Positions 35,766 through 44,971 of a stretch of 64,000 bases of DNA are shown here, piece after piece. The position numbers were made by a program, and so were the translations under genes. The stretch's first letter is position 1, and every line of letters begins with the position of its first letter. Below the pieces are notes generated by a model. That model did no database searches and was not told the origin of the DNA. It saw nothing but the letters and a program-made list of their open reading frames with translations. The stretch is from Prevotella sp. (GTDB lineage Bacteria > Bacteroidota > Bacteroidia > Bacteroidales > Bacteroidaceae), in contig JAFTGH010000033.1 in the NCBI GenBank assembly GCA_017458005.1, forward strand, positions 62,091-126,090, in the 5' to 3' direction.

Positions 35766-36845
35766 ATGAGATATCTGAGGACCCTTTTGTTTGCAGGACT
35801 GTCACTCTGTTGTTTGACGACATGGGGACAACCCGTCTCCACGCAGTTGAGACCAGGGAAAGTACCTGAGGGCACTGTCTATTACCTCCCTAAGACCGTT
35901 ATCCATTTCCATCTCCTGATAGAGAGAAAAGTATATACCCCTGGTGCGTTCTGTAACTATGCGGAGAGATACCTCCGCCTTCAACCCGTCGGCAAGGAGA
36001 AGAAGACAGACCATCGGCTGCTGAATCTGCAGATGAGTCAGACGGGAGTCAGGGACACCTCCAAATGTTTTGTGGCAAACTTAAAAGGAAAGAGCGCTAC
36101 GGCGGAGATTCATCTCAGCGATGATGCGGTACTGCTTGCCGTCAACGACTCCCCTATCCTATCTCAGCAACCCCGACCCTTTGTCGCTGCCCCCAAGAAG
36201 ACTCCCTCCAATCCCCTGCTGCTCCTCAACGGAGAGGCTCGTAAAGCGGGAAGTACGGCTCGTATGGCGGAACTCACCGCCCTGCAAATCGCAGAACTCC
36301 AGGAGCATCGCCAGCAACTCATCACGGGAGAGGCTGAGGAGATGCCAGAGGATAAGGCGCAACTGCAACTGATGCTCGACGAGATAGACCGTCAGAGTGA
36401 GGGACTGATGTCGCTGTTTACGGGGACAACCCTTTGCGACACGACTGAGCAAGTCATCAGCCTTTGCCCTGACAAGGAGATGAAGCGGGAGGTCATCTTC
36501 CGTATCAGCAAACAACTCGGACTGGTGGATAAGGACGACCTGTCGGGCATTCCTTTCTATGTGACGTTGGAAGACCTGCACCAGCAGCGTCAGCAAGACT
36601 ACGAATACCCAGAGAACAAGAAGGATGGCGGATTCTATACCAATGTACCGGGCTTCGTCCGTCTCACCCTCTACAGGGAAGAACAACAGTTAGCCTCCTA
36701 CACCTATCCCCTCGCCCAATTCGGTTTCACGGAACTTCGTAGCGGTTCCCTCTTCAAGAAATACCCTGCCACCCAACTAGTGCTCAACCCCATCACTGGA
36801 GCCGTTGAGCGACTCCATGCCGATATTCCAGAAAAGGAGGAATAG
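35766..36845 (+). CDS. Hypothetical exported protein
   Basis: Signal peptide, 359 aa, starts 5 nt after nnr. I recognise no catalytic motif; possibly a Bacteroidota DUF family. Confidence 0.7.
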   Translation: MRYLRTLLFAGLSLCCLTTWGQPVSTQLRPGKVPEGTVYYLPKTVIHFHLLIERKVYTPGAFCNYAERYLRLQPVGKEKKTDHRLLNLQMSQTGVRDTSKCFVANLKGKSATAEIHLSDDAVLLAVNDSPILSQQPRPFVAAPKKTPSNPLLLLNGEARKAGSTARMAELTALQIAELQEHRQQLITGEAEEMPEDKAQLQLMLDEIDRQSEGLMSLFTGTTLCDTTEQVISLCPDKEMKREVIFRISKQLGLVDKDDLSGIPFYVTLEDLHQQRQQDYEYPENKKDGGFYTNVPGFVRLTLYREEQQLASYTYPLAQFGFTELRSGSLFKKYPATQLVLNPITGAVERLHADIPEKEE

Positions 36846-36872
36846 TTGAAAAGGACTCGGCTTTCTCGTCGT

Positions 36873-37511
36873 CTAATAGCCTAAGTCCTCTCCAACCAGT
36901 ACCACGACATGACGACCTTTGTTCCTGCTGTTTCTTAGGAAATGGACGTAACTGCACACACTCTCTGGCGAGTTGCAGTTATGGCACATGCCGTCAATCT
37001 GGCAGGGTGTCTTGATGTCGAAACGCTGGGCATTGATGGGTGATGCCGTACCCCGGGCTCTTGCCAAGGCTGCCTCCACCGTCTGGGCTACCTTGTTCAG
37101 TCCGATGATGAAGATAACCTTCTTAGGACCCCATGTGATGGCGGCGACACGATTGCCATTACCGTCGACATTCACGATAACACCATCCTCGGATATGGCA
37201 TTGGCACTTGTCAGATAGACATCAGCGGTAAAGGCACGCAGGTATATCTGCTCTATTTCCGCCCGGTCATCGGTCAAGTCCCTGTCAAGGACTTCCAAGG
37301 TTCCCCTCTCCCTCAATGCGTCAGGAATACCCAAGTCCCTGACCGTCATGGAACCGCCCCATGTAACGGTGCTGCCATCAGCAATGAGTTCTGATACTTT
37401 CTTCACAGCCTCTTCTCCTGTCGGACAATAGAAGGCTTCCATATTACGGCGGTTCAGATTCTTGATCATCCGCTCCGCCAACTTCTGGTTTCTTTCTTCT
37501 TGTGGTGTCAT
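36873..37511 (-). CDS. LUD-domain (lactate-utilization LutC/YkgG-like, DUF162) protein
   Basis: 212 aa with LUD-like pattern and a C-terminal Cys cluster (CHNCNSPESVC). Confidence 0.75.
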   Translation of the reverse strand: MTPQEERNQKLAERMIKNLNRRNMEAFYCPTGEEAVKKVSELIADGSTVTWGGSMTVRDLGIPDALRERGTLEVLDRDLTDDRAEIEQIYLRAFTADVYLTSANAISEDGVIVNVDGNGNRVAAITWGPKKVIFIIGLNKVAQTVEAALARARGTASPINAQRFDIKTPCQIDGMCHNCNSPESVCSYVHFLRNSRNKGRHVVVLVGEDLGY

Positions 37512-37617
37512 ACCTTAATGATGATTAATACCCCTACAAAGTTACGAAAATAATCGATAAAAAGAGAATGATTAGAAATAAATCGGTACGGGTATGGTGA
37601 ATTTTCCGCAAAATGAT

Positions 37618-37625
37618 TATCTTTG
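37618..37625 (+). promoter_or_regulatory. -7 box TAtcTTTG, GH9-like gene
   Basis: 36 nt upstream of ATG 37661. Confidence 0.55.
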
Positions 37626-37660
37626 TAGCAATATTCTATTTTTCATCTAAACGGCGGATT

Positions 37661-40207
37661 ATGAGAAAGATGATTTTATCAGCAATGGCTATAGTGTCCT
37701 CTCTGTTTTTACCCTGTCTGGCACAAGAAGGACATCAGAACATAGGCAGTCACGGTTTTCGTCTAACCCCCGATGGCTATTTCCAACATGACGGTGTCGA
37801 TGTGATGGCATTCAGCGACTTCTATCCTGAAGGACATCAAGGCGGCGTCTGCGTCATCATGAATGGGCAACGCATCGCCACCAATGGCGACATTCGTCTG
37901 GAGGCGACACCTGGTCAGTGGCAACCCGTCCCCAAGCAAATCAGTCGTGAGGTAAAGGACGGTCGCATCGTGACGACCCTCTGCTATCCCGACTCCTCGC
38001 GTCATCTGACAGGATTCAACCCGATGGTCTACCCAGACTACCAGTTTACCTACACCGTCAGCGTGGAGAGTCAAGGACAGGGTATCCTCGTGACGGTGGA
38101 CCTCGACAAACCTGTCCCCGACTATCTGTTAGGGAAAGTGGGATTCAACCTCGAGTTCTTCCCTGGATCGCTCTTTGGGAAGCCATGGCTGATGGACTCT
38201 CAAAGTGGCATCTATCCGCAGCAGCCTAACTCCCCACTGGCGACGACACAGCCCAACCGTCTGCATACAGGCGACTACTACACAGGCAAAGGGCTGAAAG
38301 CGGATCTCCGACAACTCGACGGCAAAGGCTATAGCCCACTCATCGCTGATGACATCATCTCAGAACCGTATGCCGTTGGACACAAGTTCACCTCCCGTCC
38401 TGACGACCCATTAAGTCGTATTACCATAGAGTCGCAGACGGGTGACCTGAAACTCTACGACGGGCGTATGAACCATAACAACGGCTGGTTCGTCCTACGT
38501 AGTGAGATAGCCCAAGGGGCAACGAAGGGAGCCGTCAGGTGGCTCATCACGCCAACGGTCACCGCCGACTGGCGTTACCCGCCTGTGGTGCAGACTTCTC
38601 AGGTTGGTTATCTGCCAGAGCAGTCCAAACGAGTTGTCATCGAAACCGACTGCCGTGACTCCAAGACCCTTAAAGCCGACCTGATACGTATCACTGCTGA
38701 CGGTGAGCAGACGGTAAAGACGGTAGAGCCATCCACATGGGGTAAGTTCCTGCGCTATCGGTACCTTATTGCCGACTTCTCCGACATCACCGAGTCAGGG
38801 CTATATAGAATAAGGTACGGGACCTCCACCTCATCCGTATTCCGCATTGCCGACGATGTCTATGACCGTGGCGTGTGGCAACCCGTGATAGAATATTTCC
38901 TGCCTGTACAGATGTGCCACATGCGGGTTAGTGAGAAATACCGCATCTGGCATGACACCTGTCACCTTGACGATGCCCGCATGGCTGCCGTCGGCAATCA
39001 TATTGACGGTTACGCTCAAGCACCTGGTCTCTCAAAGTTTCAGGCTGGCGACTTGGTTGCGGGTGTGAACATCGGGGGCTGGCATGACGCTGGCGACTTC
39101 GACCTGCGTATAGAGTCGCAGATTGGCGAGTCGTTCATCCTTGCCATGGCTTACGAAGCGTTTCATCCCGATATCGACGTGACCGCTATTGACCATGAGC
39201 ACCATACAGTGGAGATTCACGAGCCTGACGGCAAGAACGACTTCCTCCAACAGATAGAGAATGGTGCCTTGACCGTTGTCCGCAGTTACCAGGCATTAGG
39301 TCACCTCTATCGCGGCATCATTTGTAACACCCTCCGCCAGTATGCCATGCTGGGTGATGCCGCAGCCATGACAGATGGTATCAGTGGAAATGACGACGAC
39401 CGCTGGATATTCACTGAGGACAATCCATCCCGTGCGTTATCCTCCGCAGCATGTCTGGCTGGCGTGTCCCGTGTGCTCAGAGGGTATAATGACCAACTTG
39501 CCCAGGAGTGTCTTGACATTGCCGTCGAGGTCTATAGCCAGACGAAGGTAGAGGGACGCATGGAGGCACTGAAACTACAGACAGCCATTGAACTGTATCT
39601 CACTACAGACGACAAGTCCTATCTCGACTTCATTCTCGACCATCAGCAAATAATCTTTGCCGCTCCAGCCTATACGGGATGGATGGCTGCTCGTCTGGCA
39701 CAATATCTGTCGGATAGGAATGACAAGCGCTCACGCCAATTCGTGGCAGCCTGTCGCAAGGCGATGGTGTCCTACAAGCAGGAACTTAGCCAACGGACGG
39801 CAGAGACACCCTATGGTGTTCCCTATCGACCGAACATCTGGGGGGCTGGCTGGGACATCCAGCGATTCGGCTACCAGTACTTTTTCTTAAACAAGACCTT
39901 CCCCGACATCTTCCCGAAGGAGACAATCTACGATGCGCTGAACTTCATCCTCGGTTGTCACCCTGGCAGTAACACAGCATCGTTTGCCTCGGGTGTCGGA
40001 GCCAAGTCGGCAACAGTAGCCTACGGTCTGAACCGTGCTGACTGGTCATACATCCCTGGCGGTGTTGTCTCAGGCACTGCCCTCATCCGTCCCGACTTCC
40101 CGGAGTTGTTGGAGTTTCCCTATCTGTGGCAGCAAACGGAGTATGTCCTCGGCGGTGGCTCGTCACATTATATGTTCCTCGTTCTGGCAGCCCGAAGTCT
40201 ACGTTAG
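37661..40207 (+). CDS. GH9-like glycoside hydrolase with N-terminal Ig-like (CelD_N-type) domain
   Basis: GGWHDAGDFD (GH9 signature type) after an Ig-like segment (VVQTSQVGYLPEQSKRVVIE), plus an extra ~300-aa N-terminal domain. Start at MRKMIL after the -7 box. Confidence 0.75.
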   Translation: MRKMILSAMAIVSSLFLPCLAQEGHQNIGSHGFRLTPDGYFQHDGVDVMAFSDFYPEGHQGGVCVIMNGQRIATNGDIRLEATPGQWQPVPKQISREVKDGRIVTTLCYPDSSRHLTGFNPMVYPDYQFTYTVSVESQGQGILVTVDLDKPVPDYLLGKVGFNLEFFPGSLFGKPWLMDSQSGIYPQQPNSPLATTQPNRLHTGDYYTGKGLKADLRQLDGKGYSPLIADDIISEPYAVGHKFTSRPDDPLSRITIESQTGDLKLYDGRMNHNNGWFVLRSEIAQGATKGAVRWLITPTVTADWRYPPVVQTSQVGYLPEQSKRVVIETDCRDSKTLKADLIRITADGEQTVKTVEPSTWGKFLRYRYLIADFSDITESGLYRIRYGTSTSSVFRIADDVYDRGVWQPVIEYFLPVQMCHMRVSEKYRIWHDTCHLDDARMAAVGNHIDGYAQAPGLSKFQAGDLVAGVNIGGWHDAGDFDLRIESQIGESFILAMAYEAFHPDIDVTAIDHEHHTVEIHEPDGKNDFLQQIENGALTVVRSYQALGHLYRGIICNTLRQYAMLGDAAAMTDGISGNDDDRWIFTEDNPSRALSSAACLAGVSRVLRGYNDQLAQECLDIAVEVYSQTKVEGRMEALKLQTAIELYLTTDDKSYLDFILDHQQIIFAAPAYTGWMAARLAQYLSDRNDKRSRQFVAACRKAMVSYKQELSQRTAETPYGVPYRPNIWGAGWDIQRFGYQYFFLNKTFPDIFPKETIYDALNFILGCHPGSNTASFASGVGAKSATVAYGLNRADWSYIPGGVVSGTALIRPDFPELLEFPYLWQQTEYVLGGGSSHYMFLVLAARSLR

Positions 40208-40210
40208 TTG

Positions 40211-41305
40211 CTATTTTGTCAACTGCACTTCCTTGAAAAAATCCGCCATCTTGTCGTAGGGAACGACGCCTGCCTCATCATCATAGAGGTCAACGTGCGA
40301 GGCGCCAGGGATGATGTAGAGTTCCTTGTTACCCTCCTTGGCGCTCTGCCCCTCAACGTGTCTGCCCGTCATGCGCTCGAAGGCGTACTCGCTGAAGTAG
40401 CGGCTGTGGGCCTTCTCACCGTGGATGAGCAGCACGGGGTTCTCAATCTCGTGCGCCCAGCAGAGCAGAGGCTGGTTGAGGAACGACTGACAGCCGATGA
40501 CGTTCCAGCCGTCGGTCGAGTTGCCGCTGCGCTCGTGGTAGCCGCGAGGGCATTTGTAGTAGGCGTGATAGTCCTTCACAAACTGCGGTACGTCCTCAGG
40601 CAGTGGGTCGATGACACCACCAGCCCGTTTATAGGTGCCCGTCTTGTAGTCCTCTGTGCGCTGGGCAGCGATGGCACGGCGCTTCTCCATGCGCTGCGCC
40701 TGCGTGTCCTCGCTTTTGAAATAGCCCTCCACGTTCACCTTGCTCATGTCGTACATCGTGACGGCGACGGTGGCTTTGATACGTGGGTCGATAGCAGCGG
40801 CATTGACCGCCATGCCACCGAAACCGCAGATGCCGATGATGCCGATGCGCTCAGGGTCAACGTTGTCGAGGTTAGAGAGGAAATCGACAGCAGCGAGGAA
40901 GTCCTCGGTGTTGATGTCGGGCGAAGCCATTCGACGGGGCTCGCCGCCGCTCTCGCCCGTAAACGACGGGTCGAAGGCGATGGTCAGGAATCCCCGCTCT
41001 GCCATGTGCTGCGCATAGAGTCCGCTCGACTGCTCCTTCACGGCTCCGAACGGACCTGAGACGGCGATGGCAGCCAACTTACCCTGAGCCCCTTTCGGCG
41101 TGTACATATCCGCTGCCAGTTCGATACCATACCTGTTGTGGAACGTCACCTTCCGATGCTCCACCTTGTCACTCTTCAGGAACTTCTTGTCCCACTCCTG
41201 TGTCAAATTCAGTGTCGTCATATTCTCTTCTGTTTTAGTTTGATTCTTGTCTGTGCAGCCCGTGAGCAACATGCCCATGAATGCTGCGAATAATAAACGT
41301 TTCAT
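40211..41305 (-). CDS. Alpha/beta hydrolase lipoprotein, dienelactone-hydrolase-like (Cys nucleophile)
   Basis: Lipobox LLTGC. Nucleophile elbow GICGFGG with Cys in the Ser position, as in dienelactone hydrolase GYCLGG. Confidence 0.85.
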   Translation of the reverse strand: MKRLLFAAFMGMLLTGCTDKNQTKTEENMTTLNLTQEWDKKFLKSDKVEHRKVTFHNRYGIELAADMYTPKGAQGKLAAIAVSGPFGAVKEQSSGLYAQHMAERGFLTIAFDPSFTGESGGEPRRMASPDINTEDFLAAVDFLSNLDNVDPERIGIIGICGFGGMAVNAAAIDPRIKATVAVTMYDMSKVNVEGYFKSEDTQAQRMEKRRAIAAQRTEDYKTGTYKRAGGVIDPLPEDVPQFVKDYHAYYKCPRGYHERSGNSTDGWNVIGCQSFLNQPLLCWAHEIENPVLLIHGEKAHSRYFSEYAFERMTGRHVEGQSAKEGNKELYIIPGASHVDLYDDEAGVVPYDKMADFFKEVQLTK

Positions 41306-41309
41306 GCTC

Positions 41310-41891
41310 CTATTTTATTATCTTTTTGCCATTCTGAATCACAATTCCCTTATGCCCTGTCTGAGCCACCGTGCCTTGCAGCGTGTAAGCCTTTGATGAA
41401 GTCCTGTCGGCGTGAACCTGGCTAATGCCCGTAGGGTCGCTCACCGACAGCGTCACGCTGATATTTCTCTCGCCAGCCTGGAGGAATGTCTTTAGTTCAT
41501 TCTCCGTCAGCCCGTCGATCTTGCCTAAACGGGTGTAACTGTAAGAGTTGGAACCATAGAAGATACAGATATATTGTCCACTGTAAAGGACAATATCGCC
41601 CGGCTGCGCATTAACTTGCTCGTTGCTCGTGGGCAAAGAGAACCCCAGCGAGCCCCAAATCTCAAAATGGTTGTCGTTAAGCGTCGCCGTCACAGGTGCC
41701 TCTTGCAGTCTCGTCACCAGTTCCCGCGTCGCAGCGTTGTCGACCAGCGTAGCACTCTTGGTTACGCCGTCGATAGTGATATACATAGTCTGATTCATAT
41801 TGTTTGTAGATTTATTCTCCGCCTTCACCTCGCCGTCTGAAGCACAGCACGACAGCAGCATCGCCACCATTAGTAATAGGAAATGTCTCAT
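41310..41891 (-). CDS. Cyclophilin-like-fold protein with T9SS C-terminal sorting domain
   Basis: Lipobox-like signal peptide (LLSCCAS). Core IWGSLGFSLP..AQPGDIVLYSGQYICIFYGSNSYSYTRLGKI. Tail AYTLQGTVAQTGHKGIVIQNGKKIIK. Confidence 0.75.
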   Translation of the reverse strand: MRHFLLLMVAMLLSCCASDGEVKAENKSTNNMNQTMYITIDGVTKSATLVDNAATRELVTRLQEAPVTATLNDNHFEIWGSLGFSLPTSNEQVNAQPGDIVLYSGQYICIFYGSNSYSYTRLGKIDGLTENELKTFLQAGERNISVTLSVSDPTGISQVHADRTSSKAYTLQGTVAQTGHKGIVIQNGKKIIK

Positions 41892-41894
41892 ACC

Positions 41895-42831
41895 TTACTC
41901 CATTGAATGTTCCCAACCTCCACGTGTATCAATGCCTGTGGCATCAGCGAGGGCTTCGAGACGTGCCATCTCCTCTGCGGTCAACTGAATCTTCGCAGCC
42001 TCGGCGGCCTCGATGACGTGGCGTTCCTTCGTGGCTCCAATGATGGGCAGCGTGCCCTTGGCGATGGCCCAGGCGATGCCTATCTGCGAACAGGACGCAC
42101 CGTACTTCCGTCCGATGGCGGTCATCTCGCTGGTGAGGGCTTCGAGTTGCTCCAGTATGGGGTTGTACTTCTTGCCCCTATCACTCTCGGCGGGCAACGG
42201 GTTCTCCTTATTATATTTGCCCGAGAGCGCACCCTGCTCCAGCACCATGTAGGCCCAGAACTCGATGCCCTGCTCGCGGCAGTAATCTAGCACGCCGCCC
42301 TTCTCGCTCGAACGGTAGAGTAAAGAAAAATGGTTCTGTACGGCAGAGACCTTGAAGCCAGCCTCGCCCAGAATCTCGTTGGCACGGCGAATCTCCTTGA
42401 TGTTATGGTTCGACACGCCCACACGCTTCACCTTGCCGCTCTTCAGCAGCGGTATCAGCCCCGGTGTCCAGCGCTCCACGTCCATCGGGTTGTGAATCCA
42501 GTAGATGTCGATGTAATCGATGCCCATGCGCTCCATCGAAGCGAGTGCCATCTTCTCCACCGAGTTTTCGTAGATCTCCGCAATCTGTGGCGTGAACTTC
42601 GTGGAAATCTCCACGTCCCGGCGCTCGTACTGCTGCGCCAGCGTACCCAAAATGCGCTCCGACTCACCCATGCCGTAGGCGGTTGCCGTATCCCACAGAG
42701 AAAGCCCCTGACTTCATCGCCACATCGAATACGGGCTTCAGTGTTTCTACGTCGGTCTTGCTACCGAATACTGCGTCTCCTCCAAATGCTCCTGCGCCCC
42801 AGGCCCAGGTTCCTAATGCAATCTTTGCCAT
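41895..42831 (-). pseudogene. Aldo/keto reductase interrupted by a 1-nt frameshift in a C4 (G4 in sense) run
   Basis: The N-terminal 44 codons (MAKIALGTWAWG..DVAMKS) are in one frame, and GLSLWDTATAYGMGESE.. continues in another. 937 nt = 312 codons + 1. The switch is at CCCC 42705-42708. Confidence 0.8.
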
Positions 42832-42863
42832 AATCCTAAAATGTATATTAGTTTAACTGGGTG

Positions 42864-42871
42864 CAAAGGTA
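42864..42871 (-). promoter_or_regulatory. -7 box TAccTTTG, AKR/cyclophilin-like/hydrolase operon
   Basis: 33 nt upstream of ATG 42831, divergent from the AraC gene. Confidence 0.6.
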
Positions 42872-42947
42872 CGGCGAATTTCGCAACAAAAGCCTAAACG
42901 ATTTACTGATAAATCTACCACTTTTACGGATTCTCACTTTTTTGTTG

Positions 42948-42955
42948 TATCTTTG
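42948..42955 (+). promoter_or_regulatory. -7 box TAtcTTTG, AraC regulator
   Basis: ATG 42965 lies 10 nt after the box. Confidence 0.6.
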
Positions 42956-42964
42956 CACCCAGAT

Positions 42965-43864
42965 ATGGAGAGGATTTTAAAGGTACATACCGTCAACGAC
43001 TACGCCCGCTATATCGGGGCACCGGAGTTGCACTCGCTTGTCTCGGTGATTCACTACGACGAGTTGGAGCACTGCCGCCACTCGCTGAATAACTACGATG
43101 TCTATGCCCTGTTTATCGGCGACGAGGAACTGGAGGAACTTTCCTACGGACAGATACGCTACACGCTCAACCAACATGCCTTGATGTGCGTGGCACCGGG
43201 ACAGATTGGCGGCAAGACCGACACGGGCGAGGAAATACACACCAAGGGCTGGGCGCTGCTGTTTGACACCGAACTGCTGCGGAACTCGGAACTGGGTCGC
43301 CGCATCTCCGACTACCATTTCTTCTCCTACAACACCAGCGAGGCCCTGCTGATGTCGCCCGAACAACGGCAGAGCATCGTCGGCATCCTGGAACAGATTC
43401 GCCTGGAACTGCAGCAAGAGGAGGACGAGCACACCCTGCGCATCGTCACCTCGCAGATAGAGCAGGTGCTGGAGTACGTCAGCCGCTACTATGCCCTGCA
43501 ACTCTCCTCATCGGCAAAAGCCGCGAACTCCGACCTGCTGACGCGCTTCGAGAACCTCTTGCAGCATTACTACGACGACGGCATTCAGCGCACATTGGGA
43601 CTGCCCACCGTCAAATACTGCGCCCAGGAACTTTTTCTTTCTCCCAACTATTTCGGCGACCTCATCCGCGAACTGACAGGCAAGTCCGCCACCTCCCACA
43701 TCCACCGCTTCATCATGCAACGCTCCCAGACGCTCCTTTTGGGCGGTGCTACCATCTCCGAAACCGCCGAAAGCCTCGGCTTCGAATATCCCCAGCACTT
43801 TACCCGCCAGTTCAAGAAGTATTTCGGCATCACACCATCTGCGTTCTTGCAGAAAAGCAATTAG
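42965..43864 (+). CDS. AraC-family transcriptional regulator
   Basis: C-terminal HTH_18 pattern (YCAQELFLSPNYFGDLIRELTGKSATSHI..FEYPQHFTRQFKKYFGITPSAF). ATG lies 9 nt after the TAtcTTTG box. Confidence 0.9.
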   Translation: MERILKVHTVNDYARYIGAPELHSLVSVIHYDELEHCRHSLNNYDVYALFIGDEELEELSYGQIRYTLNQHALMCVAPGQIGGKTDTGEEIHTKGWALLFDTELLRNSELGRRISDYHFFSYNTSEALLMSPEQRQSIVGILEQIRLELQQEEDEHTLRIVTSQIEQVLEYVSRYYALQLSSSAKAANSDLLTRFENLLQHYYDDGIQRTLGLPTVKYCAQELFLSPNYFGDLIRELTGKSATSHIHRFIMQRSQTLLLGGATISETAESLGFEYPQHFTRQFKKYFGITPSAFLQKSN

Positions 43865-43899
43865 GAGCAACGGCAGTCAAGCACTCTGTTTAAGTTATT

Positions 43900-44300
43900 T
43901 TATTTCCGACGGGAAGTGCCAATGTCAAGAAAATTGGTCGAAAAACGTGTATGGATTTTTGGTGCTTCTAGAATTTGAGGAGGCAAAAAACAGCACATTT
44001 TAGGGCTAAAAACGAGGAAGGCCGTACCTTCGAGGTACGATAGTAGGCTCTTCACGGTCGGGAGGAGGCACCTCCCGGTCACGAAGAGCCTACCTTTCTC
44101 CGTCAGAAGGCTGCAAAAAATCGTGAGTTGGCTGCTATTTTGCACCTTTTTAGGGGTGTTTTTAAGGTCAAAAAAGTCGTCAAAACACGAAAAACCCTCA
44201 TTATCAGCGAATTACAATAACCCTCTGAGATTCGCGTATTTGAGACCCAATCAGGACTTGATGGATTTCGCGCGAAACCTCAGAGCCCTTTTGTCAATAA
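43900..44300 (+). repeat. Intergenic repeat element, copy B (~400 bp) with central hairpin of unrelated sequence
   Basis: Same flank blocks and same orientation as copy A. Central hairpin 44044-44092 (taggctcttc..gaagagccta with inner gggagg/cctccc). Confidence 0.8.
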
Positions 44301-44304
44301 TTTA

Positions 44305-44970
44305 TCATAAGTTCACTATTAGCAAGTCTGCTATTTCGTCTATGATATAGTCGGCACCCGCCTCTTCTAGTTCTTTCCTCGTCCCGTTGCCATAGGTCAC
44401 GCCACAGGTCTTGCAGCCAGCCCTGGAGCCCATCAGGATATCGACGTTCATGTCGCCCACCACAAGTGTCTGCGACGCATCGATATTCACTGCACGAAGT
44501 GTCTGCAGCACGGGCTCGGGGTCCGGTTTTGCCTTTCTCACATCGTCAGCACCTATCAGATAGGAAATATAGTCGGCAATATGAAGGTCATGGATAAGAT
44601 CCTCAAGAGATTTGTGTGACCGTGATGAGGCGATGGTGAGTGTGTATCCCCGTTCTTTCAGCGCAGCCAATGTCTCAACGACTCCCGGGAAAGCCTGTGG
44701 CTTGATGGTTTGAACATTCTCACTGAAGATTCTTCTGTAAGTATCCGCACAGTGTTGAATGACATCATCCGACAAGTCTGGGAACATCGTCTGGAAGCAG
44801 CCCATCAAAGGTATTCCAATGGTAGCGGCACATTCCTCGTCGCTACGCTTGGGCAGTTGCAGTTCCGCTATCGTCATCTGCATCGTCGTCACAATCGTTT
44901 GTCGGGTATCACCTAGTGTTCCGTCGAAATCAAAAATAATGAGTTTAGTCATCGTCTTCGTTTTATCCAA
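44305..44970 (-). CDS. HAD-superfamily hydrolase (phosphoglycolate phosphatase-like)
   Basis: FDFDGTL, ASSRS, GDMNVD motifs. Confidence 0.9.
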   Translation of the reverse strand: MDKTKTMTKLIIFDFDGTLGDTRQTIVTTMQMTIAELQLPKRSDEECAATIGIPLMGCFQTMFPDLSDDVIQHCADTYRRIFSENVQTIKPQAFPGVVETLAALKERGYTLTIASSRSHKSLEDLIHDLHIADYISYLIGADDVRKAKPDPEPVLQTLRAVNIDASQTLVVGDMNVDILMGSRAGCKTCGVTYGNGTRKELEEAGADYIIDEIADLLIVNL

Positions 44971-44971
44971 G

